Shown: positions 62,055 through 64,000 of the stretch, piece after piece
How positions within the stretch are numbered: the stretch's first letter is position 1
Layout of the letters: every line of letters begins with the position of its first letter
Assembly (NCBI GenBank): GCA_010093815.1
Contig: ML996593.1
Direction: 5' to 3' (one strand)
DNA: 64,000 nucleotides
DNA from: Pseudovirgaria hyperparasitica
Taxonomy: Eukaryota
Notes under the pieces: generated by a model
What the model saw: only the letters and a program-made list of their open reading frames with translations
Database searches by the model: none
What the model was told of the DNA's origin: nothing
Made by a program: the position numbers and the translations under genes

Positions 62055-64000
62055 TATAAGAATTATAGACGTAGAATAGTAGTCTAATAGATTATAGAAG
62101 AATTTAGAAATATATTTAAAAGGGTAGTCTACTCTTATAATAAGGTTAATTTCTAAAGAGTAGAAGTTAAGTATATATAGTCTACTTATATAGTACTATC
62201 GCTTAATCTAGCTAACTTAATCTAGATCTATCTATTATAGAACTATACTAGACTATAGTAGTCTAGTTAAGTCTATTCTAGTATTAGTTCTAATAATATT
62301 CTTCTTCTTTTTATACTTTACTCTAAAGTACTTAACTATATATAAATCTATAATTCTAGAAGTATTATATTTATATATATATCTAATTAAACCTATATAA
62401 TATTATTAATAGCCTTTATATTAGTAAACTTAAAACTCTAGTTTACTTTTATTAACTTATATATACGCTTATCTCTTACTTTCTAGCTATTACCTTAGAG
62501 ATAGCTCTATAGATTATCTAACTACTATATTAACTAAGCTTATATTTAGTTCTCTTATTCTAAATTTTCTTCTTTAGTATATCTATCTTACTCTTAAGAT
62601 AAGTTATTAATTTATATACTATCTCCTTTAGTTTAGGTCTATTTAGATCTAGAGTAGTCTATTCTTATTAGAGCTAGTTCTATATAATCTATTCGCGTTA
62701 TTATAGTTACTAATTTAGCTTTCTTAATCGCCCTTAAGACTAAATAAGTATTCTATTCTTAGATCTCTAGCTAATATATATATATAGATACCTAATACTA
62801 GTTCTATTTCTAAGTCTATCTTCTTCTCTTATAAGACTTACTCTAAAGAGATTATCTCTACTTTAGCTATACTAGCTAAAAAGTCTACTTATTATAGTAG
62901 TATAAAGGCGTACTCTAAGTTAGAGAAGAAGGTAGATAAGACTACTACTACTATTACTACTAAGGTAGCTACTAGTTACTCTAATCTAGATAAACCTAGT
63001 ACTAGTAGTATAGAAGAAGTAGTTATAAAGCCTACTTATATCTACTCGCGCTATCTATCTATTCTATCTTCTCTAGAGAATAAAGAAGATCTTATTATAG
63101 ATAATAATTAAGAGTTTACGCCCTTACCGCCCCGCTCTAGATACTATTTCTCTTTTTAGTCTAATATAGACTAGTTTAGTTACTCTAGGCCCTTTTAGAA
63201 TCTTACTATTTATTCTAAGTCTAGCCCTTCTAATAATAAGATCTAGATTACTAAGAATACTAAATATAATTATAGTTTATACTATAGGAAAATAGTAAAC
63301 TATAGTTTAATATACTTTAAGTATATTAAGACTTATATAACTAGCTCTAAGTATCTTTTCTACTCTAACTCTAGTATTAGCTACTACTCTACTAATTATA
63401 ATAGATTTATATATCTAATCTTTAAACTATCTACTTACTACTACTACTATACTATCCTTAGTAAAGTTTATCTTTAGATTAGTCTATTAGACTATTTTAG
63501 TCTAGGGTAATCTAAAGTTATCTATACTAATATATTTTTAGATTTCTATTTATATATAAGATATATATAATAATCTTTATATCTATAAGACTCTTAGTAG
63601 TTCTAGTAGTTATCTAGCTTCTATATATAGGGAGTTTAGAGAGTACTATAAGCTCTTTCTAGAGATTATTAAAGTATAAGTTTAGAAACTATTAATTATA
63701 ATTAACCTTAGCTTATAATTTTTAGTTACTATAAGATTTCTAGTACTTAGACTATCTATTCTAGAGAATTAGTTTTAGCTACTAAGACTATAGAAGAGAT
63801 TTATAGTATTTCTTTCTATCTAACTTATACTACTAATAGATCTTATAAGAGATCTACTAGCTCTCTCTCTAAGTTACCTTATAAGAGAGTATATATTCTA
63901 TTCTAGATTATTCTAGATTATATTAGCTAACTTTAGATCTAGTTACTCTACTCTAGTATATAGTTCTCTTTCTACTAGACTCTAGTTAATTAGATAGCTA
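62055..64000 (-). mobile_element. Second, diverged and more heavily RIPped copy of the chromovirus (3' LTR, PPT, antisense gene; truncated by the window end)
   Basis: 62055-62295 aligns to the LTR; 62296-64000 is colinear with ~32027-33730. Confidence 0.9.

Noticed and set aside
51480..64000. Centromere call for the terminal AT-rich block
   Set aside because: Compatible with RIPped heterochromatin, but 12.5 kb at a window edge cannot establish this.

Overview
Eukaryotic DNA from a filamentous ascomycete (Pezizomycotina). Two observations support this: short GT..AG introns with CTRAY branch points, and strong repeat-induced point mutation (RIP; CpA/TpG to TpA) in repeats. About 21 mostly housekeeping genes occupy ~1-31 kb and ~41-51.4 kb. 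They include MRPL34, RPA14-like, STE24, a FUT8/GT23-like transferase, kinesin-7, RPB11, MET22-like, serine dehydratase, RAM2, a CobW GTPase, a methyltransferase, ODC, DnaJ, GH17, PRE7, HCNGP, SWIB, securin-like, tropomyosin and RRP17. RIP-mutated AT-rich blocks interrupt this gene set. A complete 7,976-bp Ty3/Gypsy chromovirus (31789-39764, minus strand, 238-bp LTRs, GTAAT target-site duplication) is nested in an older relic. The last 12.5 kb hold another Gypsy pol, a 576-bp TRIM and a second, diverged copy of the chromovirus. Most notable: (1) the chromovirus carries an antisense, multi-intron ~384-aa gene (Cys motif plus leucine zipper), conserved in both copies; (2) the TRIM appears to have a Tf1-like self-priming PBS; (3) the ATG-free ODC leader holds non-AUG uORFs, one ending EPP-stop and one containing PPW. 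All calls were made by eye; no database searches were run.
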